Shown in pieces: positions 47,575-59,346 of a stretch of DNA of 64,000 nt. Below the pieces are notes generated by a model, which did not search any database, was not told the origin of the DNA, and saw only the letters and a list, made by a program, of their open reading frames with translations. Position numbers and translations under genes: made by a program. Source of the stretch: Nitrosopumilus sp. (GTDB lineage: Archaea > Thermoproteota > Nitrososphaeria > Nitrososphaerales > Nitrosopumilaceae); the NCBI GenBank assembly GCA_965218695.1, contig OZ244651.1, positions 160,001 through 224,000 on the forward strand, given 5' to 3'. How positions within the stretch are numbered: the stretch's first letter is position 1; every line of letters starts with the position of its first letter.

Positions 47575-48239
47575 TACCTTGCAATAACAATTGCATGATC
47601 CTTGTCATACGGGTGCAGGTCGATGGTCTGCATTATGTCAAATCTTCCTCTCAGCTTTTCTGACTCCTCCCTGACAATCCTCTGCGGTTCCTTTGTCACA
47701 TCTATGCTTCTTGTCTTGATTACCAGTAGCAGGTATCCCCCGTCCTTGAGAAACGCCTCGCAGTTCAATATTGCAATCCTTGTCTGATCCGGCTGCGCAA
47801 TGTCAGTATACACGACATCCACCCTGCCAAACACTGCAAAGTATTCCTTTGGGTTTCTTGCATCCTGAAGTACGGGAATTATGTTTGATCTGTGCGAGGC
47901 CACCCTGTCCAGAAAGTCCCTTGCAACCCTGCTTGCATGTTCCACACCAAAGACTATTCCGCCGGAGCCTACTATATCTGAGATATGGCTGACAGTGGTT
48001 CCAGTCGAGGCTCCAAGGTAGAGAACCTTGGTCCTGTTTTCAAATGGAAACTCTCCAAGACCGTTCATTATTGCAGCTGCCAGCTTGCTTCTGAACGGAT
48101 CCCACAACCTGTACTCTGTTCCCTTTTTGACTAGTAGTTTCTCCTTGTACACCTGGCATCCGGGCACCATGTTCTCCGTTGCCAGTCTTTTCTCCCCATC
48201 TGATCTTATCCAATGGAATGGTGGGTTATCTCCGTCCAA
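47565..48239 (-). CDS. flpA: fibrillarin-like rRNA 2'-O-methyltransferase
   Basis: WDPFRSKLAA, YLGASTGTTVSH and DIAQPDQ motifs; TTG start at 48239 inferred (the longer ORF overlaps nop5). Confidence 0.95.
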   Translation of the reverse strand: MDGDNPPFHWIRSDGEKRLATENMVPGCQVYKEKLLVKKGTEYRLWDPFRSKLAAAIMNGLGEFPFENRTKVLYLGASTGTTVSHISDIVGSGGIVFGVEHASRVARDFLDRVASHRSNIIPVLQDARNPKEYFAVFGRVDVVYTDIAQPDQTRIAILNCEAFLKDGGYLLLVIKTRSIDVTKEPQRIVREESEKLRGRFDIMQTIDLHPYDKDHAIVIARYHN

Positions 48240-49512
48240 ACTTTTCTCTCTTCTTGCCACTCGCATCGGGTTTTTTCCCGCCTTTTTTGTACCTGTCCCC
48301 TCTTCTGGAACTCTCCCCTCTTCTGGAATTGTTCCTTCCTCTGGAGCCGTCTCTTGGCCCGTCATGCCTGAACGGCTGGGTTCTTGGATCCCTCTCGACC
48401 GGGTTCTCATACTTTTTACCTATCTCATCCACCCTGATGTTGAGTTTTTCAAGCAGGGTGTTGTTTATCCCCTCTCCGTATACGTCCACCCTTGCTGCAA
48501 TTACCGCCTTTGCTGCAATTGCCCGCGCAATCTTTCCCCTCTGCCATCTCGGAGCGGAATGAACCATCGCATGCTGGAAGAGCAGTCCGTGCTTTGGGGG
48601 CTGGGATCCTGTCTTAAGTGATCTGAACAGGGCCCTTTCTGCTCCTATTACCTGTATGGTGCTGGCCGGCAGTGATGCCAACCTCTTGACGCTTCCGGCC
48701 CGTGCAAGAATTCTTGCACCAACTGCAGTCCCAAGTATGATCGAAAGGTTTGGTGCGACCTCCTCCATGCCGATTCTGATGTGTTCTTCAAGACTCCTTC
48801 GCATCTCGTACAGGCTTAGCAACTGTTTTGCCATGGACTGTACTATTGCCAGATTCCCATCAGAGATGTCCCCGCCCCTGCTCCTTGATGCCACCAGCAG
48901 AAGCATCTCTACCTTGGATTCTGGAAATCCTGCATTCTCAAAGGACTGCCTCGTAAGGGAGCTGCGCCTTCCTGCAGAGACGATCTGCGCGTAGCCGTTG
49001 ATGCTGTCAATGACGTTGTCCAGCTCTGGAAAATGCAGTCCGTACCACTCCCTCAGTCTGGAGCTTAACGCGTTTGCTATCTTGTCAATCTCATCAAGCG
49101 AGTTTATTGCCTGTATGATGTGCAGGTCCGGACTCTCAGAGGCCTCGGTAACTCTGGATGAGGAGAGTCCGAGTGCAAACTCCCTCAGTTTTCCCAGTGC
49201 GTCATGCGGATTGGATGCAAAACCCGAATCCACTATCACCTGGGGCTTGGATGCCTGGACTGCCTCAATCTCAGAATCCTCCATGATTCTGGCATCAATG
49301 GAGTTCCTCTTCAGAATGCTGAGAAGCGACTGGTCGCTCACTGTCACCCCCCTCTGAATGGATGTAAGGTAATCGCTCAGCTGGCTAAGCTCTGCCTTCT
49401 TGTTCTTTACTGCAAGATAGTCCCTGACCGATTCTCTGAACGCAAACGATTTCTGCAATGCCTCATCGTCAAACACCGCGATTCCAAGTTCTGTCAGGAT
49501 TACAGAATACAT
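48226..49512 (-). CDS. nop5: C/D box sRNP protein Nop5 (Nop56/58)
   Basis: REWYGLHFPEL, PASTIQVIGAE, PPKHG and RGKIAR motifs. Confidence 0.96.
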   Translation of the reverse strand: MYSVILTELGIAVFDDEALQKSFAFRESVRDYLAVKNKKAELSQLSDYLTSIQRGVTVSDQSLLSILKRNSIDARIMEDSEIEAVQASKPQVIVDSGFASNPHDALGKLREFALGLSSSRVTEASESPDLHIIQAINSLDEIDKIANALSSRLREWYGLHFPELDNVIDSINGYAQIVSAGRRSSLTRQSFENAGFPESKVEMLLLVASRSRGGDISDGNLAIVQSMAKQLLSLYEMRRSLEEHIRIGMEEVAPNLSIILGTAVGARILARAGSVKRLASLPASTIQVIGAERALFRSLKTGSQPPKHGLLFQHAMVHSAPRWQRGKIARAIAAKAVIAARVDVYGEGINNTLLEKLNIRVDEIGKKYENPVERDPRTQPFRHDGPRDGSRGRNNSRRGESSRRGDRYKKGGKKPDASGKKREKFGRR

Positions 49513-49648
49513 GACTGATACACCCACGAGGCCTTTAAAAAAGATACCAGAACCGTCTCAGGACAGATAGGTGTAGATGGGATGGCCGTGTCCATGTATG
49601 ATTGCACTGCCGCAGAGGATATGATGCCTGCAGACAGTTTTCTGGCGG

Positions 49649-49831
49649 CTAGCGCTTCCTTCTTCTCTGCCCGGGTTTGTTCTGTCCTGGAAACCTGCCA
49701 AGCACAAACCGCTTCTTGAAGTTGCTTTTGTTTCGAAGGCTGGAGTTGGTTCCGACGATCTTTCTTCCCTCCACCTTTGGAGTCTGTCCCCGTACCTTTC
49801 CTGCCTTGGTCAGCGAACCGTGGGTTGCCAT
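49649..49831 (-). CDS. rps30e: 30S ribosomal protein S30e
   Basis: HGSLTKAGKVRGQTPK. Confidence 0.96.
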   Translation of the reverse strand: MATHGSLTKAGKVRGQTPKVEGRKIVGTNSSLRNKSNFKKRFVLGRFPGQNKPGQRRRKR

Positions 49832-49940
49832 ATCTTAGATGAGACTGCAAGTGAATTTATGTATTTGGAATGACTGACCTGTCACTTGTTTCATATCCAC
49901 TGACGCCTGCCATGAACTGCCGGGCAGAATGGTACTATTA

Positions 49941-51665
49941 CTACCAGTATTTGGTCTTTACAGTCTCGATTACCTGCTCGTGTTCCTTGCTCTTCTTTCG
50001 GGCGTATCTTTCCATGGCTCCTAGTGGAACGCCGCCGAGGGATCTTGCAATGGCATTAAAGAAATATCTCTGGGGACCCTTGGCACCCGTCTTGGTCATG
50101 AACTTCTGGATGCCATACTTGAAGTTGTGCTGCCATGTCTTGTAAAGGACACCAAGCTGTGCAGGCGTCATCTCGTTTCCAATGTTGAAAAAGTCGGACT
50201 TTTCAAGCAGTCCTATGGGAACAAATGTCAGCGCTGTGGCCGTAAACATCGATTCAGGCTGCTCGCGTTCCAGATCATTAATCAAACGTATGGTCTCCCA
50301 CGAGTCCTCCGGAGTCTCGTCGTTATCAAGTCCCATGATGAGGGTAAATGCCGGAATCCAGTAGTCCTGATTCAGGGTCTTGACGCCCTCCTTGACAACC
50401 CAGTGCCACTCGTCTGGGCTGTATGGTGCAAGCTTTCTATCGGCATACTTGCCTATCAGCCTCAGACTTCCTGTCTCAAATCCTGCCTGGACGCCGATCA
50501 TGTTGTCAGGCCCTGCCTTCATGATCTTTGAGAGGTTTGGAATCAGTTTTTCATCGGCAATGGCTCCTGCAAGCGTGCCGTGGGTCGGATTTGTATGTTT
50601 GACGCCTGTGGACATGATTGCCGTGAACAGCTCCTCTAGCGCCTCCCTGTTTGGCTCCATGCCCTTGGCGGTTCTAGGATTCATTCCATAGACAAAGATG
50701 TCGTCGCTGTGTATCCATGCAGACGTGGCACCGCCCTTCTTCATGTTGATCTCAATCTCTTTTTTGACCTTCTCTGGCGGATAGTATCTGAGCGACCTCA
50801 ATGTGACATCGCAAAACTTGCATCCCCTTCCGCAACCCCTCATCACCTCGACCATTCCGTGCATGCTGGGCTCCACTATGTTGGGAATCTCATCAAGATC
50901 CGGCCTGTCCCAAAAGTTCACGAACCTGGCATGTATCTTCTTGCCATCTCTTTCAAACTCCTTTATGTTGACCTTGAAATCGCTCCTCTTCCTGAACGGA
51001 TCCATGTTTTCAAAGTCGCCGTTAATCAGATAGTTGAAGAATCTTCCTGCGTGGCCGTCGATCTCGGGGGCTATCCCTCCAAGTTCCCCTTCCAAAATGG
51101 CATATATTCCAAATTCCTCGATCTTTGCCGGATCATAGTTGTACTGCCATGTTCCGGATGCGCCGGAGATTACCTTGGCCTTGCTTCCTGTCTTGGCCTT
51201 GGCAACCTTGATTCTATGATGAAGCTCCGTATTGTAGTATTCGTCATATGAGATCTGTTTTCTGCCGTACGTAAACGTCATGGTTACCGGACCCATTCCG
51301 AGCGGATCCATCTCGTATGTTCCTACAGCCTCTGTACTGGGCCCGATGAACTTCTCTATGTGATCCGGATGCGCCACCACCACCTCGCTTCTGTCAAATC
51401 CGTCTCGCAGCAGTCCTGCCTCAAGCTTTCTTAGTCCGTATGGTGCATAGTTTGCAACGCCGTTGGTATGGGGAGCGTAGTTGCAGATAAAATCAAACAG
51501 AACCTTGGGGGTTACCTGTTTTCCAAGAATCTTGTACAGCAGGCTGCTCTTGTCCCTGTGCGGATCGAGTGCAGGCGCACATCCAAAGAACGTGGCAAGA
51601 GACAGTCCCCTGTATGGAGACATCAAAGTACGATCTGCTGTCAGGACTATTTTTGGTGTTTTCAT
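49941..51665 (-). CDS. B12-binding-like radical SAM protein, GDGT ring synthase (GrsA/B)-like
   Basis: IVLTADRTLMS, APYGLRKLEA, MDPLGMGP and RGCGRGCKFC motifs. Confidence 0.75.
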   Translation of the reverse strand: MKTPKIVLTADRTLMSPYRGLSLATFFGCAPALDPHRDKSSLLYKILGKQVTPKVLFDFICNYAPHTNGVANYAPYGLRKLEAGLLRDGFDRSEVVVAHPDHIEKFIGPSTEAVGTYEMDPLGMGPVTMTFTYGRKQISYDEYYNTELHHRIKVAKAKTGSKAKVISGASGTWQYNYDPAKIEEFGIYAILEGELGGIAPEIDGHAGRFFNYLINGDFENMDPFRKRSDFKVNIKEFERDGKKIHARFVNFWDRPDLDEIPNIVEPSMHGMVEVMRGCGRGCKFCDVTLRSLRYYPPEKVKKEIEINMKKGGATSAWIHSDDIFVYGMNPRTAKGMEPNREALEELFTAIMSTGVKHTNPTHGTLAGAIADEKLIPNLSKIMKAGPDNMIGVQAGFETGSLRLIGKYADRKLAPYSPDEWHWVVKEGVKTLNQDYWIPAFTLIMGLDNDETPEDSWETIRLINDLEREQPESMFTATALTFVPIGLLEKSDFFNIGNEMTPAQLGVLYKTWQHNFKYGIQKFMTKTGAKGPQRYFFNAIARSLGGVPLGAMERYARKKSKEHEQVIETVKTKYW

Positions 51666-51703
51666 CCCCAACAGAATAATCAAATGATTTATTTTAAATC
51701 TTG

Positions 51704-52522
51704 CTACCGCTGATATGCCTCTAAAATTCCGGCCTTATTCCTGTAAAAATGCCCAAATTCCCTGTTTTGTAGAAGATGTTCTCCGTCAAAGACTGTTCCG
51801 TCCCTGCAGACAAGATCTTCTCCCGTACAGCAACTGCCGCAGATTCCCACCCCGCACTTCATCATCCGCTCAAGACTGGCCTGTACAAAGATTCCGCGTG
51901 AGTGCGCAGCCTGCACGGTCTTGTGCATCATAATCTCAGGTCCGCAGACGTACACGCCGTCATATGGCATCTTGCCGACTAGGCTCTTGACAAATTCGGT
52001 AACGAGTCCTCTCTCCCCATAACTCCCGTCGTCAGTAGATACCATTATCCTGTGCCGTTTGCCTGTCAGGAGCCTGCCTGCAAGATCTTCAAAGAATACC
52101 TCCTCTCTTGACCTTGCCCCGATTAGGACCGTGACATCGTCTTCTGGACTGACAGTGGTAAGCAGTCTCATTATGGGAACCAGGCCGGTACCGCCTCCCA
52201 CCATCAAGAGCCTGCCTGTCTTGAGGCAAAACGAGTTTCCATAGGGCCCGCGTACTCCGATCTTCCCCCCTACCCCTACCTGAAACAGTCCTGACGATGC
52301 AGGTCCGTGACGTCTTACGGTAAATGCAGCCTTTCCTGCCTCTTCTGATACCATCACACTCATGGGCAGCTCGTTTATGCCCGGAACCCAGACCATTGCA
52401 AACTGTCCGGGAAGGGCACTTGACATTATCTCATCTGAGAATACCAGGGTTCTGACAGTCGGGGTCTCATCAATCACCCTTTCGACTGTGACGATTGCAG
52501 GATGGTTACGATCCCTGTGCAA
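51704..52522 (-). CDS. pyrK: dihydroorotate dehydrogenase electron transfer subunit
   Basis: PGQFAM, GPYG, GGGTG and ERMMKCGVGICGSC motifs. Confidence 0.95.
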   Translation of the reverse strand: MHRDRNHPAIVTVERVIDETPTVRTLVFSDEIMSSALPGQFAMVWVPGINELPMSVMVSEEAGKAAFTVRRHGPASSGLFQVGVGGKIGVRGPYGNSFCLKTGRLLMVGGGTGLVPIMRLLTTVSPEDDVTVLIGARSREEVFFEDLAGRLLTGKRHRIMVSTDDGSYGERGLVTEFVKSLVGKMPYDGVYVCGPEIMMHKTVQAAHSRGIFVQASLERMMKCGVGICGSCCTGEDLVCRDGTVFDGEHLLQNREFGHFYRNKAGILEAYQR

Positions 52523-53417
52523 GTCCCACCATGTCCGTTATCCTGGCAATGTCCATCTCTGTCATGTACTGTAATATGCCGCCGTTGATCTCGTCAAATA
52601 TGTTGATCCATCTGTCTCCCACTGCGCTTCCAATCTGGACTGCGCATGCTCCTGCCAGAAGAAACTCGACGGCATCCTCCCACGATGATATGCCACCGCA
52701 TCCGATGACAGGGATGTCGTACTTGGAGACTATCTCATAGACGCAGCGCAGCGCGATCTGCTTGATAGGGGTTCCGGAGAGCCCCCCGAACCCATTGCTG
52801 AGAATGGGCCTCTGTGTTCTGACATCAATTGCAATGGATCGGACAGTGTTTATGGCAGTTATTGCATCAATTCCCGCGCTGATGGCAGTCCCTACGGTAT
52901 CAAGGTAGTGTGTCGTGCCTAGGCCCACTTTTGCAATGACTGGCACGTCAGATGCGCCCTTGACTGCAGTCACGATATCCTCTACCAGCCTTGGGTCATC
53001 GCCTACCTCCAGTCCGACCTTCTCCACATGCGGACATGACAGGTTCAGCTCGTATGCCGTAACCCTGCAACCCTTAAACCGGGAGATCATCGTCTCAAAC
53101 TCCTCCGGGACGGAACCCACAAGACTTACAATTATTGGAACATCCTGGTTGGGTCTGATAATTTCTGCAAATGCCGTCGCTCCAGGATTGGACAGCCCTA
53201 CTGCATTGATCCATCCTCCCCCCTTTACGCTGATTATGGTGGGGTTGGAGTATCCCTCCCACGGCTCATTACTCAGGGACTTTGTTACAACTGCACCTGC
53301 CCCCGAACGGTACAGCCTGTCAAAGACATCCATGGAGATTCCAAGGATGCCTGATGCCAGTATCACCGGTCTGTCCAGTCGTATTGTGCCTATGCAGGTT
53401 GCTAAGCTGGGCTCCAC
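52506..53417 (-). CDS. pyrD: dihydroorotate dehydrogenase (family 1B) catalytic subunit
   Basis: NAVGLSNPG, ELNLSCPH, GGLSG and VQIGSA motifs; GTG start inferred. Confidence 0.96.
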   Translation of the reverse strand: MEPSLATCIGTIRLDRPVILASGILGISMDVFDRLYRSGAGAVVTKSLSNEPWEGYSNPTIISVKGGGWINAVGLSNPGATAFAEIIRPNQDVPIIVSLVGSVPEEFETMISRFKGCRVTAYELNLSCPHVEKVGLEVGDDPRLVEDIVTAVKGASDVPVIAKVGLGTTHYLDTVGTAISAGIDAITAINTVRSIAIDVRTQRPILSNGFGGLSGTPIKQIALRCVYEIVSKYDIPVIGCGGISSWEDAVEFLLAGACAVQIGSAVGDRWINIFDEINGGILQYMTEMDIARITDMVGLAQGS

Positions 53418-54364
53418 CTTGTTCAATTGGCTTGGCTTTGAATATAACAGTTGTTTGCGCGTTATGTCAAAGGCAGTGGTCAAGTCCAAACCCATGGAGT
53501 TGTGGGCATGGCTGTGGAGATGTTTATGGATGGAATGGTGCCAGATCATATCATTCTCTTGCCCCCGAACATCCAGAAGATGGTCTGGGATACCGATCTC
53601 TAAGATACCGCCTACCTCATGCTGATAGACATGGGAACAGGAAGGTGCAGATCTGATTGGATGAATACTGCACAGGTCCCAATGGGCTGTGGCGACTTGC
53701 TGTTTTTTACGAGGTTGGTGAATACATGATAACCCTACCCACCCACCACATGTGGCGGGCTGACCCCTAATTACGCATGGTCGCAAAGACCTGGTTGTTG
53801 AATGGGGCTATCCAAGCTGCTGTGTTACTGGACTCCGAGTCATGATAGATGTATGCAGCTACCGGCCTGTCACACAAAAAAAGGGAGGTGAAAGAAATAG
53901 AAAAGAGTATTGGAATTGACATAGGAAAGAGAAAATGTGTAACGTGTATAATGGATCACAAGGGGACAATCCTGGAAAAGTCATCGTACAACAACACGTC
54001 CCGGGAGGCATTGGAGTTTGCAGCATATCTAAAGGCCACATACGGCCAGTGCAAAGCAGTCTGCGAATCCACCGGAAACCACTGGATTAAGACTGCAGAC
54101 GCCTTTGAATCCGCCGGAGTCCCGCTGACGCTTGCCAATCCGTTCAAGGTCAAGGCAATCGCATGGGCCAAAATAAAAAACGACACCATAGACGCAAGAA
54201 CGCTTGCCAACCTGCTGCGGGCAGACCTGGTTCCAGGCTGCCACATAGGTTCGGCCGAATCCAGGGGAATTAAGCAGGTCCTCAGGTACCAGATGACCCT
54301 AGTGCAGGACCGGACAAAAGTGATCAACTTTGTGCACACGCTGACAGACAAATACGACATAAAT

Positions 54365-56015
54365 GTAACTGCATAGTTTTTTGATCAAATGTTGAACTCC
54401 ATGCCTACGCGCGTCTATGCAGTTTTTTGACGTGGAGCCAGGCCCTCGCGCAGGATCGTGCCAAGATCATCTCCCCTTGCCTTGCATGTCTGCTTGATGC
54501 TCATCAGCGTGGCAATGGCATCTGCGCCATCCTTGGATCTGCTCCCGTTGCTGTTCTTGCGCAGGATGACGCACGGCCTGATGGCCCGCTCTGCCCGGTT
54601 GTTGTGGTATTCGACGCCGTCTGTCTCCAGAAACGCAAACAGGTGATCCCTTTCCCGCACCAGCCTCTTGCGCATCCTGTTGCAGTGCTTGCAGTCGCGG
54701 TCCTTTTCGAGCCTGCCGATAAGTGACGCGATACGACGATCCAGCCTCTTCTTTGCGGCAAGCGCGTCTGCCCCTCCCGGAACGGCGCCGTCGATGTGCG
54801 AGTCCCACAGTATCGCGCGCAGCGTCCTTGCGTGACGCTTGTAGTCGTAGCCGGGATTCTTGTATTTCAGGGTGTCCTTGATGTCCCGGGCGTAATGAAG
54901 GTGGCACTTTTGGTGTTCGGATCCGATGACGTTCCACGCGGCCCACGAGTCAGACGTGACGCATCCCGGGTAGTCCTTGCCGAGCATCTTTTTTGGAACC
55001 TTCGAGTTCCTGTGGCGGTGCACCTCGTAGATTACGGCGTACCTGGCTACAGCCACCCACAGCCAGTAGTTCGTGCCGTCGACGCGCCAGATTGTCTCGT
55101 CCCCGTTTATCGCACGCGAGTTTCTTACCTCCTCCTTGATCTTCTCGTACAGCGGCCCGAGCTCCCGGGCCATCCTGCACACCATGCGGTTTATCGCAGA
55201 TTCCGTGATTCTTGCCGAGTACATCATCATGACAATATTGCATATTCTGAGGTCTGACATGCCGTGCAGCCGGAGGATGACCATCATTATCATAAAGTTG
55301 ATCCCGTACCTGGAGTTTGGCAGTGCCAGCGGAGTCCTGCCGGACACGGTCCTCTTGCAGTTCCTGCAACGCCTTCTCTTTAGTCACCTTGATGTGCTTT
55401 AGTTCCGTCTTGGCAGCCTCCCTTACCACCTTTGTGTACGTGGACACGCATTCTGAGAGGTCGGAGCTGCCGCAGTTGTCGCACGTGTGGGGATCTGCCG
55501 TCTCCTCTGCGTCTATTCTTTCAGGACGCGCAAGGCCCGTGCGTTTGTGGTCACTTGGCTTGCCCTTGCCCTTGCCCTTGCCCTTGCCCTTGCCCTTTGC
55601 GCGGCGCCGGGTACTGCCGGTCTTTTTGTCCGGTTTTGCGCCGATGCTCCTTGCAACGGCAGCCGATATGATGCCCTTTGCCTCCTGCAACTCTGCCGTG
55701 AGATCCTGGATCTGTTTGAGGGCGGCAGCGTAAAGATCAGCGAGTTTGGCCATCTGCCGGTCTTTTTCGGCCATCTGCCGGTCTTTTTCGGCCATCTGCT
55801 CTGCCATCACACCCACTTTTTCCTCCAGTTCTGCAATCCTTGACTCGGAATTATCATCAGACATATGCAAACCGTGGGCAACAATGATCTAAAAATTAGG
55901 ACGGAGAGAAAAACTCGATCAAGTGATCAAAAATAGTTTTAAAAAATTAGACAGACGCGGATTTTCTGATTGTAGATATGGAGTTCAACATTTGATCAAA
56001 AAACTACACAGATAC
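54365..56015 (-). mobile_element. IS66-family element D (transposase 55870-54415, frameshifted near 55380)
   Basis: about 38-bp imperfect TIR ending TAGTTTTTTGATCAAATGTTGAACTCCAT; 8-bp TSD ACATAAAT; DET, QKCHLH and NNRAER motifs. Confidence 0.92.
55559..55596 (-). repeat. hexamer repeat (TTGCCC)n encoding a GK run
   Basis: about 6 perfect units. Confidence 0.9.
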
Positions 56016-56971
56016 ACATAAATCCAAAAAATGCAGGGACCAGCGTCTGGAGACCAAAGGTCCTAAAGTACCTTGAAGGAGCAGACATGAAGAATTTCAG
56101 GGACAGGTTTGTTCTGGACGGCTGCATATCGCAGATACGGTACTACAACGACGAGATAAAAAAGACCGAAGACGAGATCAAGTGCTACGTCCGAGACGCC
56201 CATGCCCCGAAGATACTGCTGAGCATGACGGGAATGAACGTGTTTTCTGCTGCACTGCTGGCAGCAGAGATCGACACCATCGAAAGGTTTGAGAACCCAA
56301 AAAAGCTCGTATCCTGGGCAGGCATGTGCCCGACGCTTCACCAGTCAGGCGACACGCTATACCACGGCAGGATGAAAAAGGACTCGAACCGGAAGGTCAA
56401 CTGGATCATGATCCAGTGTGCGCTTGTGGCAGTGTTCCATGACGCAAGGATGAAGGAACACTACACGCGCCTCCTGAAGAGGCACAAGCACCACATCGCC
56501 ATAACGCACGTCGCAAACAAGATGCTGACGATCATCTGGCACATGCTGACAGAAGGCAACCTGTACGAGGACAGAAACGAGAAACTGTACCGCGCCAAGA
56601 TCAAGGAAGTTATGAAGGCGTAGACGCAGAACCGGCAATGTCCGTAGACGATGATGCCTGATCTAGCGGATGCTGTGCACAAATTATGGGAATGGCGGGT
56701 GTTTTTACATGAATGCTGGGGGGCCAGCCCCCCAGACCCCCCGAAGGAGGATTATGCATGTCACGCCGCGGGACAAAAGCCGCATTTTTGCGGATCTGGT
56801 AGGATCCTGCATGCAGGTAACGCTTAAGAAGTCAAAAAACATACCCAAGGTGACAAGTTGGACGCAAAACCTGGATAAGTCCGGGGATGGGTTAACATAG
56901 ATGCGTAATTCTTCTGACCGCCTAGTCTAGTCCGATACGTTCAATGATCCCATGATCGCCCGCACGCGATA

Positions 56972-57981
56972 ATGATCAAACACAACAGACGGGAAAGATA
57001 CTGACAGTACTACGAACTTGCAAACGAAGTCGAGGCATCCCACCTGAGGAGGACGCTGATTGAAATGATTCTTGAGAACCCCTGCCCGCGCTCCGAAAAC
57101 GACAACAGGGGCCGTCCTCGGATTCACTCCAAGGACAAGCTGGATTTTGCCTGCCTGCCTGCCTGCTGATGAGGGCATACAACAACACATTCCGCAGGAT
57201 CGAGTCAGACCTGCACGACATGCGGACTCCCTGGGACGGCGAACCCGTGCCGGATCACACCACGATAGTCAGGCACCTCCAGATCATCCCGCCAGACTGG
57301 ATGGATTTGGTGCTGGCCGAGACTGCTCGCCGATGCATCGCCGGGGCGTCCGGGGCAACCGGACCGCTGGCTGCAGACAGCAGCGGAGTGGAGACTACCC
57401 GGTACGAGGACATCGAAAAACCCTGCAAAAGGGAGCGCGATTTCGTCGAGATGCGCCAAAAGGCCTACTGGAAATACCACGTAACGGCCATCATGGGGCT
57501 ACAGATCGTGCTGGCCGCGTTTGGCACGCCTGGCAACGTCAACGACGTCACGATGCTGCCAGTCATGCTGGCAGAGATCAGGCGCCGCGGGTATGACTTT
57601 TCGGGGCGCGTCTTTGATGCGGACCGCGGGTATGACGCCGACTACAACTTCAAGGAGCTGTTCTGGATGGGCATGACGCCCAACATCAAGCAGAGAAAGG
57701 ACGCCGTCAGCAGGGGCAAGCCAAGCAGGAAGAAGGCAGCCGGGCTGTTTGACTCGCACGAGTACAGGACAAGAGCCCTGGTGGAAGGCATATTCGGGGC
57801 CGAGGAGAGCCGGCGGCACCAGCTTCACTGCAGGTTCGTGCGCGAAGACAATCGGCGCCGGTTTGCCAAGGGACGAGCAATCTCATGGAACATCCGGATC
57901 CTCAACCGGTTTAAGTGTGCCTGCCGGCTAAATATACCGATACCGTCCTACGGCGGTTCGGCTCGCACGGAGTGCGCCTGA
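56972..57981 (+). pseudogene. IS5-A transposase copy 2 (same stop and frameshift as copy 1)
   Basis: matches 35613-36622. Confidence 0.85.
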
Positions 57982-58200
57982 TGATCCAACCCGTCCGTAT
58001 CTGACCCCGTCCGTGAGAATGCGGCGGGAAATATTCAGATTAGGACATATCGGAATTATGCACCAACCTCGTTTTTCAGTAGATGGAAATGTGTTTTTTC
58101 AGGACAACCTGATCTTGCCGCGTTCCTTATGATCACTAGGCGTTCGCCATTATTAGACTCTGGGTGTTAAAAATGGAGCGCGCGAGTCTTACACGTTCAA

Positions 58201-59346
58201 ATGAAAAACAAGCAATCGCTCCAAATACAGTCCGCCGAATCTGCATATAAGATCATCGGCCCCGTACTGTTTTCCCTGTTGCAGATCAAGTTCTCAGACA
58301 GGTACAACGCCCTATACGGACCGGTCCACTTTTTTGAACGCTTGTTTGGCATGTGCAGGCACACCGAATACGCAGAGACTGCATGGTCCAGCGACCCGGA
58401 CGGCGGGACGGGCATTCCCACGGGCAGGTGGCTGCTTGACAGGATACGCCATATCCGGTACGACTACATGTTAAAGCGGTGCCAGGCAATAACGGATCGC
58501 ACCGTGCGCAGGATGAGGCGGCACGGCATGTTCAGGGAGCCGGTGGACATTGCAATCGACAAACACCTGGTCTGCAGGTACGACAGGTTCCGGAGGATCG
58601 TCAACACCATAAAGTCAAAACCAAAAAAGGGAACGTACAACTTTAACTGCCTGGCGACTGCAAACTGCATCGTGGCAGGCTCCAGGGCGTTTCTGGCAGC
58701 CCGGCTGGTCAGAAGGGGAGATACAGACCTCGAGGTGGTCTCAGGACTGATAGCAGACTGCAGAAGGCAGGGGATAAGGATCAAGTCACTAAAGATAGAC
58801 CGGGAGTTCTTTTCTGTGGACATCATTAACATGCTGGAGCGTGAAGGGATCCCGTTCATGGTGCCTGCAATCAAGACCAAGGGCGTCAAAAAAGCCGTAG
58901 AGGAGTTCAAAGACGGCGGGAAGGCGACGGTGTCGCGGCATTCCATAGATTCGGGACGCGATACTGCCGAGTTTACACTGATAATCCAAAAGAGGAAGAA
59001 CGGCCACTTTACGCTTGCCACCAACGCCACGGTGCCGCAGGTGCTGGGGTTCGAGTCCAGCAACGGCCTGACAGGCGCACACGGATTCGCAGAACAGTAC
59101 CGTCTCCGCTGGGGAGTGGAGACTGCGTACAGCAACTACGAGTCACTCAGGCCCCGCACCACGAGCAGGAACGAGTCGGTGCGCATGCTGCTGCTGTTCT
59201 TCCCGATATTCATTTACAACGCCTGGGCGCTGGTCCGCCACCTGCTCCGGATCTCATTCCACGGCAGGCACATGACGCTCATAAAGATGCTCAGGCTGTT
59301 TCTCAGGTTCATGAAAGAGTTGGGCCTGGCCGAACCACCCACGTGA
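58201..59346 (+). CDS. ISH3-type DDE transposase
   Basis: IAIDKH, IDREFFS and YRLRWGVETAY motifs; homologous to 2357-3541. Confidence 0.92.
   Translation: MKNKQSLQIQSAESAYKIIGPVLFSLLQIKFSDRYNALYGPVHFFERLFGMCRHTEYAETAWSSDPDGGTGIPTGRWLLDRIRHIRYDYMLKRCQAITDRTVRRMRRHGMFREPVDIAIDKHLVCRYDRFRRIVNTIKSKPKKGTYNFNCLATANCIVAGSRAFLAARLVRRGDTDLEVVSGLIADCRRQGIRIKSLKIDREFFSVDIINMLEREGIPFMVPAIKTKGVKKAVEEFKDGGKATVSRHSIDSGRDTAEFTLIIQKRKNGHFTLATNATVPQVLGFESSNGLTGAHGFAEQYRLRWGVETAYSNYESLRPRTTSRNESVRMLLLFFPIFIYNAWALVRHLLRISFHGRHMTLIKMLRLFLRFMKELGLAEPPT

Larger units (their letters stand above)
53849..56623 (+). pseudogene. IS110 transposase copy 2, split by an IS66 insertion
   Basis: both halves match 32925-34040. 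Confidence 0.93.
53711..58070 (+). mobile_element. composite IS5-type element A, copy 2 (contains IS110 disrupted by IS66-D)
   Basis: TIR GAGGTTGGTG(A/C)ATA; TSD GTTTTTTAC (53702-53710; right copy split by ISH3). Confidence 0.87.

Noticed and set aside
48240-48410. N-terminal PEEG-repeat extension of fibrillarin
   Set aside because: Overlaps the nop5 3' end in another frame; a TTG at 48239 gives a normal-length protein.
53418-53786. 123-aa N-terminal extension of PyrD
   Set aside because: Runs through intergenic DNA into an IS end; a GTG at 53417 with a TATA box about 23 nt upstream fits better.
55360-55390. Programmed -1 frameshift in IS66-D
   Set aside because: The required shift is +1/-2 and there is no canonical slippery heptamer; more likely an inactivating indel.
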